This document shows, piece after piece, positions 9,319 through 19,439 of a DNA stretch of 64,000 nucleotides. Under the pieces are notes generated by a model. That model did not search any database, was not told where the DNA came from, and was given only the letters and a program-made list of their open reading frames with translations. The translations under genes were made by a program, and so were the position numbers. The DNA is from Desulfobacterales bacterium. GTDB lineage: Bacteria; Desulfobacterota; Desulfobacteria; Desulfobacterales; UBA5852. Position 1 is the first letter of the stretch; each line of letters begins with the position of its first letter. The DNA lies in the NCBI GenBank assembly GCA_963674755.2, contig CAXXVS010000003.1, forward strand, positions 1,568,001-1,632,000. Reading direction: 5' to 3'.

Positions 9319-9948
9319 TCAGGTGGCCTTGCTCGTGGAAGCCTGCAGCTTTCCGGCACTGACCGGCACGCCTTCATGGGGTGTCCAGCGTGTGGTGCCC
9401 ATCTGACGCGGATCACGGGCGGCCTTGAGAATTTCGATGCTGCTCTTGAGACCTTTGTACAGGCGCGACATTTCAATGGCCATGCCGGCAATCTGGGCCA
9501 CGGCCTGGACAAAATTCACGTCTTCCAGGGTAAACTCCCACGATTCGGCGGTGTAGATGCGGAGCGCCCCGATCGGATTGCCGCGGGCCATGATGGGAAC
9601 CGCCAGGATGGAGGCGATGCCTTCCTTGACGGCTTCGTGCGGGTACTGGATCCGCGGGTCGTCCTTGACATCGTAGATCGCGACCGGGCCTTCCTTGAGC
9701 GCGTCGGCAATGGAGCGCAGGGCACTGATGGGGCCCTTCCGGAGATAGGCGTCGCTGAGCCCCATCGAGGCCGCGAGTTCAAGCTCCTGGCTCTTGGGGT
9801 TGATCAGGAACAGGGCGCAACCCTTGGCTTTCAGGGCGTCCCTGACACCGGTGACGCTCAGCAGGGCAATTTCGTCGAATTCCCGCGACATGGCGATGCG
9901 CTCGGTGATGACCAAAAGGGTTTCGTAGTTGAGCAGGTTCTTTTCCAT
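9319..9948 (-). CDS. Stand-alone GAF domain protein
   Basis: GLSDAYLRKGP, DPRIQYPHEAVKEGIASILAVPI, GALRIY; AAGGAGG RBS before ATG 9948. Confidence 0.85.
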   Translation of the reverse strand: MEKNLLNYETLLVITERIAMSREFDEIALLSVTGVRDALKAKGCALFLINPKSQELELAASMGLSDAYLRKGPISALRSIADALKEGPVAIYDVKDDPRIQYPHEAVKEGIASILAVPIMARGNPIGALRIYTAESWEFTLEDVNFVQAVAQIAGMAIEMSRLYKGLKSSIEILKAARDPRQMGTTRWTPHEGVPVSAGKLQASTSKAT

Positions 9949-10475
9949 GGGCTCCTCCTTTGGTTCTTGACGGGTGCTCCCGAGAGGATCCAACCTTATC
10001 CGCATGCCCCTCATCCCTGTCCGGCGGTGCGCTGCCTGCCGGCGTATGGCGGCAGTTGGCGACCGGCTTTGAAAATTCGCCGCCGGTCTCGGGGTAAGGG
10101 GCTGAAGGTTGGGGATGATGTCTAATCAGGGGGGACGCCGGGGCCCGTGTCTCGACACAGCAGGACCCATTTTGTCCGGAGTCGGCCGCAACCGGAAGAT
10201 GCGTCGGTCGCTGACCGGCGCAGGCGCCCCGAAGTCCATCCCTGACAATGGCATCGTTTTAGCGACCGGCCGTCAACATGCGGTACGGCTCATGGCAAGG
10301 TGCCGGTCGCGTCGGCATTCCAGACGATTGAGAGATGTATGAGGCGAAGGCGCACGCAGATGGAAGACGATGATTTTAACGTACCGATGCGCTGCATCCG
10401 GTAAGCGAAGTTGAGACCGGGTAGCTTTCGTAGCGAGGAGGAAATCAAGACAGGCATCTTTTTCGATGCTGATAA

Positions 10476-10505
10476 ACCATAAGCATTCCCGGACCTGCTT
10501 GTCAA
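10476..10505 (-). promoter_or_regulatory. Putative sigma70 promoter facing the GAF gene
   Basis: TTGACA-N18-TATGGT on the minus strand. Confidence 0.35.
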
Positions 10506-10702
10506 GCAAGCGGCCCCTGGCGGCCGGGCAAGGGCAGGCGTCTGCTGGCTTGCGACCGTTTACCGTTCCCACATGAAAAAGCCGGTATCTCGGGTGCCCG
10601 TCATATCCGGTTTTTATGGAGGGGGATTCCCGGCGGCGTCCCCGGAGTGGATGTGCTGCCGCCCTGACGGACGGGCATGGCCTGTTCTATCCCCAATCGC
10701 CA

Positions 10703-12883
10703 TCACTCCTTCGGCTGCTTTCCGGCGGTATCGGCGGGCATGGACGGCGATGGGGTTATCCCGGGCCAGGTGTAAACCAGGGGCGACGCGGCAACCGGCC
10801 ATTCCCCCTTGACCTCGTTCGTGGCGTCCTCGAAAACCAGGTAGCTGTAACGCCCGTAATGGGGGATCTTGCGGGCAATGGCCGCCTGATCGGCTTCCGG
10901 TCCGGGGAGCAGCACGGCCACGAAACGGCCGGATTGGCGGGGATGAGGCCAAACACCGAAAAAACTGGCCCGGCGGCCGTCGAAGGCCTGGTCCTCCAGG
11001 ACGAAGCCGTCCGGGCGAAGTTTGACGACATTTTCGACAAGTTGCCTTACCTCGGGAAGGGCAGGCAGGCCCAGGAACAGCCAGTCCCCGGCGTCCTCGG
11101 GCTGCGGGTCGAAATCCGCTTCCTGCCGGAGCACCACTTTGCTGCGCCCCAGCCCCTGGGCAAGCATATCCGCCGCTTGCCGCGCAATGGGGGAGAGCGG
11201 TCCGTCGGGCACCACTACGGCCAGGGGCGCCTCCCGTTTAAGGGCGTTGATGGCGGCGGGGATTTCTTCCGGCGCCAGGCGGCGGAAGACATCGACCTGG
11301 GGATCCGCTTCCAGGCGTGCCGGTGGGCCTTCCAGCGTGAAGGCAAAGGGGGCCCGGGCGCCTTCGATGGTGACGGGAACCTCGGCTTGCGCTCCGGGGC
11401 GCGATACCCTCAGGAGCGTCGTCACCCGATAGAAAGGCGCTTTCTGGCGCAAGACGCCCTCGACGCGATACGTCCCCGAGCCGGTCGTGTGGGTCTGGAT
11501 GTTCTCCAGCCACAGGACCGGCGCCCCCGGACGATCGAGCCACTGGTGGAAAAACCAGCCCAGTTCGCGCCCCCCGGTGGCTTCGAAGGCCCTTTGCAAC
11601 GTCAGCCAGTCGGCGGTGCGGTGCAGGCGGGCGGCGTAGAGGTGGCGCAGGCCCTTCCAGAAGGCCTCCTCTCCGATGGTCTGCCGCAGCATGTGGAAGA
11701 CCATGGCGCCCTTGTCATAGCCGATGGTCTGGGTCAGGGGGCTGGTGCGCCGGGTGAAGCGGCGCAAGGGGAAATCCTCCTCCGGCGTCACGATGGTGGC
11801 ATAGTTGCGCAGCAACTGCCGGCGGTCCTGGCGGGCCGCTGCGGGGGACGCCATTTCCTGGTAGAGATGCTCGGCGACGTAGCTGGTGAGGCCTTCGCTC
11901 CAGTTGCCGTCCGCAGGGTCGACCAGGACGCCGTTGCCCCACCAGCTGTGGGCGATTTCATGCCCCAGGCTGGTATGGACGATAAACGGCAGCCGCAAGA
12001 TCCGTCCCCCGATGAGGGTGTAGGATGGAAACCCGTAACCCGTGGGAAAGAAGTTCTCCACGACGGCGAATTGGGGAAAGGCATAGGGGCCGAAAAGGCT
12101 GTTATACAAGGACAGATAGCGGGCGGTGGCCTGCAGATAGGTGTTCGCCAGATCGCGGTCGTCGAAAAGGAAATAGGTCGCCGTGGGGATGTTGCCGGCG
12201 GTCGAAGAAGTGATGATGTACCGGCCGGCGGAAAGGGACAGAAGTCCGGCGGGGGGATCGACCTGCCATGTGGAAACCGTGCGGTCATCCGTTGTCTTGA
12301 CCTCCAGGGCGCGGCCGGCTGTCACGGCGCTCACCCCCTTGGGGGCCGTCACCTGCAAATGCACTGTTTCAACCGCGTCCCGGATGGCCGGATACCAGCC
12401 GGCGCCGCCCAGTAAAAGGGTCCCCCGCGGGCCGATGGTACCGCTGACCCCATAGCCGGGATTGTCGGTATTGACGGGCCGTTCGGGCGCCTGGTCCCTG
12501 AATTGGCCCTCGTAATGGATGACCAGTTCGACGCCGGTCTCACCGTCGCTTGCGGAGCGTTTCAGCACCAAAGCGTCGTTGGTGCGCACAACAGGGCGCG
12601 ATTGCCCATCGACTTGGAAGGACGTGACACGGAGATGGGGGTTCAGCCCGATGGTCAACTTCTTCCAGCCGCAGTTCGCGATCGTGATGCGGTCCGTTCC
12701 GGACAATCCGGCCTGCGCCGGCCGCAGGGTCACCTGGAGGTCGTGGAAGGCCTCGCAGGCACCACTGCTGGTTGTTGTCATGAGCCATATGGCCAGTGAG
12801 GCAAGGCCGATCGACAAGCGGCGGCCAGGTCCGGCCGGATGGGGGGTGTCGGCATCAGCCTTCCAACGATCCGTCTCGGGCAT
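10703..12883 (-). CDS. M1 family zinc aminopeptidase, probably exported
   Basis: HEIAH-x18-E (GHEIAHSWWGN...WSEGL), GYDKGAMVFHMLR; hydrophobic N-terminal segment; start chosen at ATG 12883 (AAGGA RBS). Confidence 0.85.
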   Translation of the reverse strand: MPETDRWKADADTPHPAGPGRRLSIGLASLAIWLMTTTSSGACEAFHDLQVTLRPAQAGLSGTDRITIANCGWKKLTIGLNPHLRVTSFQVDGQSRPVVRTNDALVLKRSASDGETGVELVIHYEGQFRDQAPERPVNTDNPGYGVSGTIGPRGTLLLGGAGWYPAIRDAVETVHLQVTAPKGVSAVTAGRALEVKTTDDRTVSTWQVDPPAGLLSLSAGRYIITSSTAGNIPTATYFLFDDRDLANTYLQATARYLSLYNSLFGPYAFPQFAVVENFFPTGYGFPSYTLIGGRILRLPFIVHTSLGHEIAHSWWGNGVLVDPADGNWSEGLTSYVAEHLYQEMASPAAARQDRRQLLRNYATIVTPEEDFPLRRFTRRTSPLTQTIGYDKGAMVFHMLRQTIGEEAFWKGLRHLYAARLHRTADWLTLQRAFEATGGRELGWFFHQWLDRPGAPVLWLENIQTHTTGSGTYRVEGVLRQKAPFYRVTTLLRVSRPGAQAEVPVTIEGARAPFAFTLEGPPARLEADPQVDVFRRLAPEEIPAAINALKREAPLAVVVPDGPLSPIARQAADMLAQGLGRSKVVLRQEADFDPQPEDAGDWLFLGLPALPEVRQLVENVVKLRPDGFVLEDQAFDGRRASFFGVWPHPRQSGRFVAVLLPGPEADQAAIARKIPHYGRYSYLVFEDATNEVKGEWPVAASPLVYTWPGITPSPSMPADTAGKQPKE

Positions 12884-13006
12884 TCGGTTGTGTTCCTTAT
12901 GGCAATTGGGGTTGTGGCGGTAAGGTAAGCCGCGTGGCGGGCATGTCAAAAGGCGTGATGGCATTGCCCCGCCCGGGGTTGTGATCATTTTATTGACGAC
13001 AAGGGT

Positions 13007-13035
13007 TTGACCCTGCCCGTCAACTAGCATATAAA
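13007..13035 (+). promoter_or_regulatory. Putative sigma70 promoter for the kinase operon
   Basis: TTGACC-N17-TATAAA. Confidence 0.45.
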
Positions 13036-13190
13036 TATAAGATTCAACAGGTTCTTTGCCAGTTCGATACTGTTGACCCACCTGCGGTGCAACCAGAAAC
13101 GCCAGACAAAAGAGAAGTCCCTGGTGGTGGAAGGCTGCCGACGGGTGCGCAGCGGCGGACGCGCTGCAGATCTTGGATACGGCGGAGATC

Positions 13191-14078
13191 ATGGGTGCCA
13201 TTGCCAAATTAAACGTTGACCATCTGATCGGTAAAGAGGTCGGAACCTCCACCATCCTCAAGGAGCTCGCCCGGGGGGGGATGGCCATCGTATTCATCGC
13301 CTATCAGCGCACCTTGAAGCGCCAGATCGCCTTGAAGATTCTCCCTAAAAGCATGCTTACGCCCAAGACCGCCACGCGTTTTCAATCCGAGGCCGAGTCG
13401 GCGGCGATCCTCTCCCATCCCAACATCATACCGGTCTACGAGGTGGGGGAGACGGACGAATTTCTTTTCTTCACCATGCAGTTGGTGCAGGGGAAGTCCC
13501 TGGGACGCTTCATCCAGATGGTGCAGAAAAACCTGTTGCCGTCCCGCCGCACGATTCCGGTCGACGAGGCGGTGCGCATTACCATAAAAGTTCTGGATGC
13601 ACTGGCTTACGCCCACGCCGAGGAGATCATCCACCGGGATATCAAACCGGACAACATCCTGATCGAGAGCCACACCCAGCGGCCCCTGATCACGGATTTC
13701 GGCGTGGCCAAGGTGTTGCGGGGGGAAGACGAAAATACGCCGATGATTCAAGGCACGCCGGTCTATATGCCCCCGGAACAGATCCTCGGCCGGAATGTGG
13801 ACGCCCGCAGCGACATCTATGCCGTGGGGACCATGCTGTTTAAGATGCTGTCGCCGGATTTGCCTTTCCCGCCGTACAGCTCCAAGACGGATCTGCTCAA
13901 GCAGAAAATCCGCCGCAAGGACGGCATCTTCCTCAAGCCGCCGTCCGAGGTCAACCCTTATGTCGACGAGGCCATCGACCGGATTATCATAAAAGCGACG
14001 GCCTATCGCCAAGAGGATCGTTATGACGATTGCCGCTCGTTCATGCAGGATCTGGAACATTACCGCCAGACCCTTTGA
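13191..14078 (+). CDS. Hanks-type Ser/Thr protein kinase, catalytic domain only
   Basis: ARGGMAIVF, IALK, HRDIKPDN, DFG, GTPVYMPPE, RSDIYAVG; alternative TTG start at 13173. Confidence 0.92.
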   Translation: MGAIAKLNVDHLIGKEVGTSTILKELARGGMAIVFIAYQRTLKRQIALKILPKSMLTPKTATRFQSEAESAAILSHPNIIPVYEVGETDEFLFFTMQLVQGKSLGRFIQMVQKNLLPSRRTIPVDEAVRITIKVLDALAYAHAEEIIHRDIKPDNILIESHTQRPLITDFGVAKVLRGEDENTPMIQGTPVYMPPEQILGRNVDARSDIYAVGTMLFKMLSPDLPFPPYSSKTDLLKQKIRRKDGIFLKPPSEVNPYVDEAIDRIIIKATAYRQEDRYDDCRSFMQDLEHYRQTL

Positions 14079-14179
14079 AAGCCGCGACGAATCGCACATC
14101 ACCGGGTAGGGTCCCCCGCTGATGCCCTGCGGGCCCTCGCTCCCTCTGATTGCCGCGGCCGTCCGGAGAATCATGCGTT

Positions 14180-16390
14180 ATGGCAAAACTGAAACTGAAA
14201 AAAGTTGACTACGATCGCATCGGTCGATCTTTTGCCCTGCTCTTCAATCGATCGACCATGTACCAGACCGATCACCCTTATACGGCCCAGTCCATTACCG
14301 ATTTTTCCAAAACCATCGGCAATAGCCTCGAAGGACAGTCGCCGCTGGTCATCATCATGAACCGGGATCAGTTCTTCATCGAAGAAGAACCCTTCGATCC
14401 GCGGCTCAACGTGACCCGCATGGTTTCCCACTTCAAAAAAGCGGCCATCCAGTCGGTCTCATTTGAAAAGGGTGTCCAAGCCACCGACATCGCCGCCTTT
14501 GTGCGCATCTTCATCGATCTGACGTCTTTTCCCAATGGGGAGGTCATGAAGCGCGAACTTAAACGCAAGGGCGTCAAGGGTATTCGGATCAACCATGTAT
14601 TTTACAAAAAAGTGACCGAAGATGATGAAGTGGTATCGCGGGACGAGTTGAAAAAGACGCCGGAGGATCGTGGCTCGGTGTTCAGCGGCGATCAGGACAG
14701 CAATCTTCTGGATGTGGTGGCCGGCGGGTTGGTGGCGGAAGAGCTGGAACAGGCCATGTCCCTGCGCATGGTGATCGACAACCCCGGCGCGGCTTCCCGG
14801 GCGATGATCGATTCCGATCTGGCCAGTGCCGGTGCGGACGAAGACCACAAGGGCAAATCCGGCCCCGTGATTGTCAAACAACTCAACCGTCTGCGCAGCG
14901 AAGTGGAAAAAGTGGCTCCGGAGATGGAGGGGGCCGGTCTGGCGGAGCTGGCCGAGGCGGTTTTCGACATGAAGCGGAAACTGCTCAGCGGAATCGAGTC
15001 GCACAAAACCACGGGGATTGTCTACGAGGACGAAGCCCTGATCCGTGAAGAGGCCGATCAGCTGACAGACCGCGTCTTTATTCAATTGGTCCGGCAGGAG
15101 TATCGCGGCGGCGATATCTCCGTGAAGCGCCTGGCCCAGATCCTGCGGCGCCTGGTGCCGGATCCGGCGGAATTGCAGCGCCTGATGCCAGCCCTCAAGC
15201 AGGCCCTCCTGGAAGAGGGGATGCCGCCCACGGATTTTGCCGAACTGGTGGAAGAACTGGGCCGGGAGCTCCAGAGCCAGGGTCTGGCCCACGTCATCAA
15301 AGCGAGTGCGACCACCATCGGCGTGGACGGAGAGGATTTGGTCAAGGAGATCATGACCAACCCGCAGATCGCAGCGGAGTTGATCTATCTTTCGGCCGAG
15401 ATCCGCAAAGGCACCGGCGATGAGAAGCTGCTCTCCGACCTGTTGGTGGATTATGTGGAGCGCGTCGGCGGTCAGCTTTCGATGGACGAAGCCCGGCAGG
15501 CGGAGGGCCAGGACGGATTTCCAAAAGACGGATCCCATCTGGATAAGATCTACCGGCGGGTGCAGTCCCAGATCCTTGACCGGCTAAAAACAAAGGACGT
15601 CAAGCCCGATATCCTGCAGGAAGTGGAAGAGCGCCTGAAGCGGCGCATGGAGGACATGCTGGGGCGCCTGGCGGTGGATTGGGATAAGCGCCAGGCGTTG
15701 CCGGTGGATGCCGAGGAACTGCGTGAATTCAGCATTCTGGGAGCCCTGGAGGCCGGGACGGACGGGGGCGAAGAGCTGGGCGCGATCCTGGATCACGTGC
15801 GTAGTTCACTGCGCGAACGGGGTATCGACGAAACCAATTTCAAAGCGGTCTATCAGGAGATCGTCAAGGGCCGCATCGCCTGGAAGAAGCAGAAGGAAAA
15901 GAAAGACCTGCCCAGCGGCGCCCTCAACCGATCCAGTATCCTTTTTTTCGTGGAAAAGGAGATCCAGCGGGCCGTGCGCTACGGCACGCCCTTCAGTGTC
16001 GTGCTGCTGGCCATCGTACGGGCCATTCCCCGCGCCAAGGCCGCCCCCGGGGCCATCAACCAGAACGACGTCTACCAGGCGGTTCTGGAACGATTGGCGC
16101 GGGTCGTGCGCGACCCGGACATGGTGGGTTCCCTCGACAAGAGCCGTATGATCTGGCTGCTGCCCATGACCATCCCGGAAGATGCCCAGACCGCCCGCCA
16201 CCGCATCGTGGGCGAACTCCACCGGCATGTTTACAATATCAAGGGGATTCCCCTCAAAGTGCGGCTGGCCACGGCCGTCAAGGATTTTTCCCACGAAGAA
16301 CTGCCGCCCCTGCGAACCTTTCTCAAGCGGGCCGAAACATCGCTGCATGAAATGGTGGTGCGCCTGCGCAATATCAAAGACCTGATGTAG
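14180..16390 (+). CDS. Large helical protein with C-terminal degenerate GGDEF-like domain
   Basis: C-terminal EKEIQRAVRYGTPFSVVLL...VVRDPDMVGSLDKSRMIWLLP resembles GGDEF scaffold; N-terminal MYQTDHP motif; GGAG RBS. Confidence 0.6.
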   Translation: MAKLKLKKVDYDRIGRSFALLFNRSTMYQTDHPYTAQSITDFSKTIGNSLEGQSPLVIIMNRDQFFIEEEPFDPRLNVTRMVSHFKKAAIQSVSFEKGVQATDIAAFVRIFIDLTSFPNGEVMKRELKRKGVKGIRINHVFYKKVTEDDEVVSRDELKKTPEDRGSVFSGDQDSNLLDVVAGGLVAEELEQAMSLRMVIDNPGAASRAMIDSDLASAGADEDHKGKSGPVIVKQLNRLRSEVEKVAPEMEGAGLAELAEAVFDMKRKLLSGIESHKTTGIVYEDEALIREEADQLTDRVFIQLVRQEYRGGDISVKRLAQILRRLVPDPAELQRLMPALKQALLEEGMPPTDFAELVEELGRELQSQGLAHVIKASATTIGVDGEDLVKEIMTNPQIAAELIYLSAEIRKGTGDEKLLSDLLVDYVERVGGQLSMDEARQAEGQDGFPKDGSHLDKIYRRVQSQILDRLKTKDVKPDILQEVEERLKRRMEDMLGRLAVDWDKRQALPVDAEELREFSILGALEAGTDGGEELGAILDHVRSSLRERGIDETNFKAVYQEIVKGRIAWKKQKEKKDLPSGALNRSSILFFVEKEIQRAVRYGTPFSVVLLAIVRAIPRAKAAPGAINQNDVYQAVLERLARVVRDPDMVGSLDKSRMIWLLPMTIPEDAQTARHRIVGELHRHVYNIKGIPLKVRLATAVKDFSHEELPPLRTFLKRAETSLHEMVVRLRNIKDLM

Positions 16391-16428
16391 AAACCATCAC
16401 ACGCCCCCCAAACTTACGGAAGAAGACC

Positions 16429-18906
16429 ATGACCGATCTTACTGAATTGCACTATCGCCTGCACATTATCCCCGACTTGGGAAAGCTGACCTTCGAGGGC
16501 CGGCTGGAGCTGTCGGCAACGCCGGCCGCGCCGCTGGAGACCCTCCGGCTGAATGCCGCCGATCTTGATATCCGGCAGTGTGACGTCATGCAGGGCAACA
16601 CCGCCCTCGACACGCAGATCGCCCTCGATGCCGAAAAAGAGACGCTGTCGGTCCGGGTGACCCCGGCCGTGACAGGACCGTTTTCCCTGAACATCGATTT
16701 TACGGGGGGCATTAATGACAAGATGGCCGGTTTCTACCGCAGTGCCTACCGCTGGAACGACCAGAAGCACTTCATGGCCGTCACCCAGTTCGAGGAAAGC
16801 GACGCCCGCCGGGCTTTCCCCTGCCTCGACCACCCGCGCTACAAGGCGACCTTCGACATCGAGATGACGGTGGACGGCGATCTGACGGCGGTTTCCAACG
16901 GTGCCGTGCACGAGGAAACCGCGCTGGCCGACGGCAGGAAGCGGGTGCGTTTCGCGCGCACACCGCGCATGTCCACCTATCTGGTATTTTTCGGGGTGGG
17001 GCGCTTCGAATCCCGGCAGGACGGGGAAGATCCGCGGGTTCATCTGCTGACACCCCCGGGAGGGGCGCGCTACGGCGACTTGGGGCTGCTGTGCGGCCGC
17101 CAATCCCTGCAGTTCTGCGAAGACTATTTCGGCATTCCCTATCCCCTGGCAAAGCTCGACCTCATCAGCATTCCCGATTTTGCCTTCGGTGCCATGGAAA
17201 ACTGGGGCGCGGTGACCTTCCGGGAAAATCTTTTGCTGAACATGCCGGGGATTACGTCCAAGGCCGGCCAGGAGCGTATTTTCGAAGTCACCGCCCATGA
17301 GATCACCCACCAATGGTTCGGCAACCTGGTGACCCCCTCGGACTGGCGCTACCTCTGGCTCAATGAAAGCTTTGCCACCTATTTCGGCTTCGGCATCGTA
17401 GACCACTATCGCCCGGAGTGGGAGATCTGGAGCCAGTTCATTCTTTCCCAGACGGATAGCGCCCTGGGGCGGGACGGCCTCCAGGAGACTTTCCCCATCG
17501 AAATCCCCGGCGGCGAACACATGGTGATCAACACCAGCACGGCCCCGATCATCTACAGCAAAGGGGGCAGCGTCCTGCGGCAGATCCGTGGGTTTATCGG
17601 GGACGCGGCCTTCCGGGAGGGCCTGCAACACTATCTTAGCCGGCACGCCTATCAATGCGCCGGCAGTTCGCAGTTCTGGGAGGCTTTCGAGGCGGTTTCG
17701 GATCAGCCGGTCAGCGCCATCATGCGGGCCTGGGTCGAGCAGCCGGGCTATCCCGTGGTGCGCGCAGGCCGTGACGGCGCCCGTTTGACCCTGACCCAGG
17801 AGCGCTTCAGTTACCTTCCCGCCCGCGCAACGACCGTCTGGCCGATTCCCATCACCATCCGGCTGTTCGATCCCGAGGGGGGAGAGCGGCAACTTTCTTT
17901 ACTGATGCGTGAGGCCGCCCTGGAGATCGATATCAATGGCGCCGCGGCCTTTAAAATCAACGACGGCCAGACCGGATTCTACCGGGCGTTCTACGCCAAG
18001 GAGGACCTGGCGGAATTGGGCCGGCGGATCCAGGACAAGACCCTGGCCCCGGAAGACCGCTGGGGCCTGCAGAACGATTTGTTTGCCCGGGTCCAGGCCG
18101 GCGAGGCGCCTCTGGCGGACTACCTGTCGTTTCTTGAATGGTATGACAACGAGGATGCCTTCCTGCCCCTGGTGAGCATCGACAGCCACTTGCGCTACAC
18201 CCACCTCGTGGCCCGATCGTCGGGTGCCGCCATTGCGGCGGAGAGCGGTCGCAAGTTGACGGAACGCGTGCTGAATGCCATCGGCTGGGCACCGGCCGCC
18301 GGGGAGCCCCACGTCACGGCGGCGCTGCGCGACCAATTGCTCTGGCATGGCGTTTTATACGGCTCCGAGGAGGCGCAGCATTTTGCCGATCGGACGTTCA
18401 GGGGGCTTATGAATGGCGATGCCGTACCGCCCGATATCCTCAAAGCGGTGCTCCAGGCGGGGGCGCTGCTCCACAACGACCAAGCCCTGGCCTGGATGAC
18501 GAAGCGATTGGACGAAACCGCGAGCGAGCACGAGCGTCTGGCCATCATGGCGGCCCTGGGGTGTTTCCGGGAGAGCCGGACCCTGGCCGCAGCCCGGGAT
18601 TACGTGCTCGATCATGTACCGGACCGCAACCGCTTCATCCCTCTGGTGGCGATGGCGGCCAATCCTTTTGCCATGATGGATCTATGGGCCTGGTTCGTGG
18701 ACACCCAGGCGCGGTTCAAGGCGTTTCACCCCCTGCTTTTCGAACGGGTCATCGCGGCCATCGTGCCTGTGGCCGGTCTGGTGGATCCGCCGGGGGTGAA
18801 GGCCTTTATGGAAGGCTACATGGAAGCCTCCCCCCAGACCCGGGACGTGGTCAACCTCTCCCTGGAGAAGCTGGAGATCAACCGGCGCTTCCGCGAAGCC
18901 CAATAA
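16429..18906 (+). CDS. pepN: Aminopeptidase N, M1 family (puromycin-sensitive/tricorn-factor type with ERAP1-like C-terminus)
   Basis: TQFEESDARRAFPC, GAMENWG, HEITHQWFGN...WLNE, YSKG. Confidence 0.9.
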   Translation: MTDLTELHYRLHIIPDLGKLTFEGRLELSATPAAPLETLRLNAADLDIRQCDVMQGNTALDTQIALDAEKETLSVRVTPAVTGPFSLNIDFTGGINDKMAGFYRSAYRWNDQKHFMAVTQFEESDARRAFPCLDHPRYKATFDIEMTVDGDLTAVSNGAVHEETALADGRKRVRFARTPRMSTYLVFFGVGRFESRQDGEDPRVHLLTPPGGARYGDLGLLCGRQSLQFCEDYFGIPYPLAKLDLISIPDFAFGAMENWGAVTFRENLLLNMPGITSKAGQERIFEVTAHEITHQWFGNLVTPSDWRYLWLNESFATYFGFGIVDHYRPEWEIWSQFILSQTDSALGRDGLQETFPIEIPGGEHMVINTSTAPIIYSKGGSVLRQIRGFIGDAAFREGLQHYLSRHAYQCAGSSQFWEAFEAVSDQPVSAIMRAWVEQPGYPVVRAGRDGARLTLTQERFSYLPARATTVWPIPITIRLFDPEGGERQLSLLMREAALEIDINGAAAFKINDGQTGFYRAFYAKEDLAELGRRIQDKTLAPEDRWGLQNDLFARVQAGEAPLADYLSFLEWYDNEDAFLPLVSIDSHLRYTHLVARSSGAAIAAESGRKLTERVLNAIGWAPAAGEPHVTAALRDQLLWHGVLYGSEEAQHFADRTFRGLMNGDAVPPDILKAVLQAGALLHNDQALAWMTKRLDETASEHERLAIMAALGCFRESRTLAAARDYVLDHVPDRNRFIPLVAMAANPFAMMDLWAWFVDTQARFKAFHPLLFERVIAAIVPVAGLVDPPGVKAFMEGYMEASPQTRDVVNLSLEKLEINRRFREAQ

Positions 18907-18924
18907 GGGCTTTGGGCCGCAACG

Positions 18925-19125
18925 TCATTCCCGGCGGCGCAGCACGGTGACGGTTTCGCCGCCGATCCCCCAATTGTCCGTCTCCACCTCGTCAATGGTG
19001 ACCACGGTGGTGGCCGGGTTCTTGCCCAGAATGTCCTGCAGCAGGCGGGTGACCCCCCTAATGAGGTCGGCCTTTTGTTCGGCGGTGGCGCCTTCGCGGG
19101 TAATGCGGATGTTGACGTAGGGCAT
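18925..19125 (-). CDS. 4-oxalocrotonate tautomerase family protein
   Basis: MPYVNIRIT (catalytic Pro1 after Met removal), EQKADLI, DNWGIGG; GGAGG RBS. Confidence 0.9.
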   Translation of the reverse strand: MPYVNIRITREGATAEQKADLIRGVTRLLQDILGKNPATTVVTIDEVETDNWGIGGETVTVLRRRE

Positions 19126-19153
19126 ACGATTCTCCTCCATTTTATAAAAGAGA

Positions 19154-19405
19154 TTACCATGAAGGGCATGAAGATCATGAAGAAAAGCATCTATGAACTC
19201 AGATCCATACCGGTCATGGTAGAAAACCAACGCTAATGAATGCAATCGCGAAGGGCACGAAGAAAGCGAAGAAATTATCGGGATAGCGGCCGGTTGCCCC
19301 TTCCCGTTGCGGTGTCCCAAACCTTCGTAACCCTTCGTGGCCTTCGTGGTGAACGGTTTTTATCGAGGTTTTTCCTCTTCATGCCCTTCATGTTCTTCAT
19401 GGTAA
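19154..19405. repeat. Nested inverted repeats built from 9-nt CA(T/C)GAAGNN units
   Basis: Outer arms 19154-19182 / 19377-19405 (25/29 match); inner arms 19247-19271 / 19323-19353. Confidence 0.8.
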
Positions 19406-19439
19406 AAAGCTCTTTATCCGTATCCGGACCCCATGACCG

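Noticed and set aside
12884..13297. N-terminal extension of the 864-aa M1 ORF
   Set aside because: It overlaps the kinase gene and its promoter; an RBS-supported start exists at 12883
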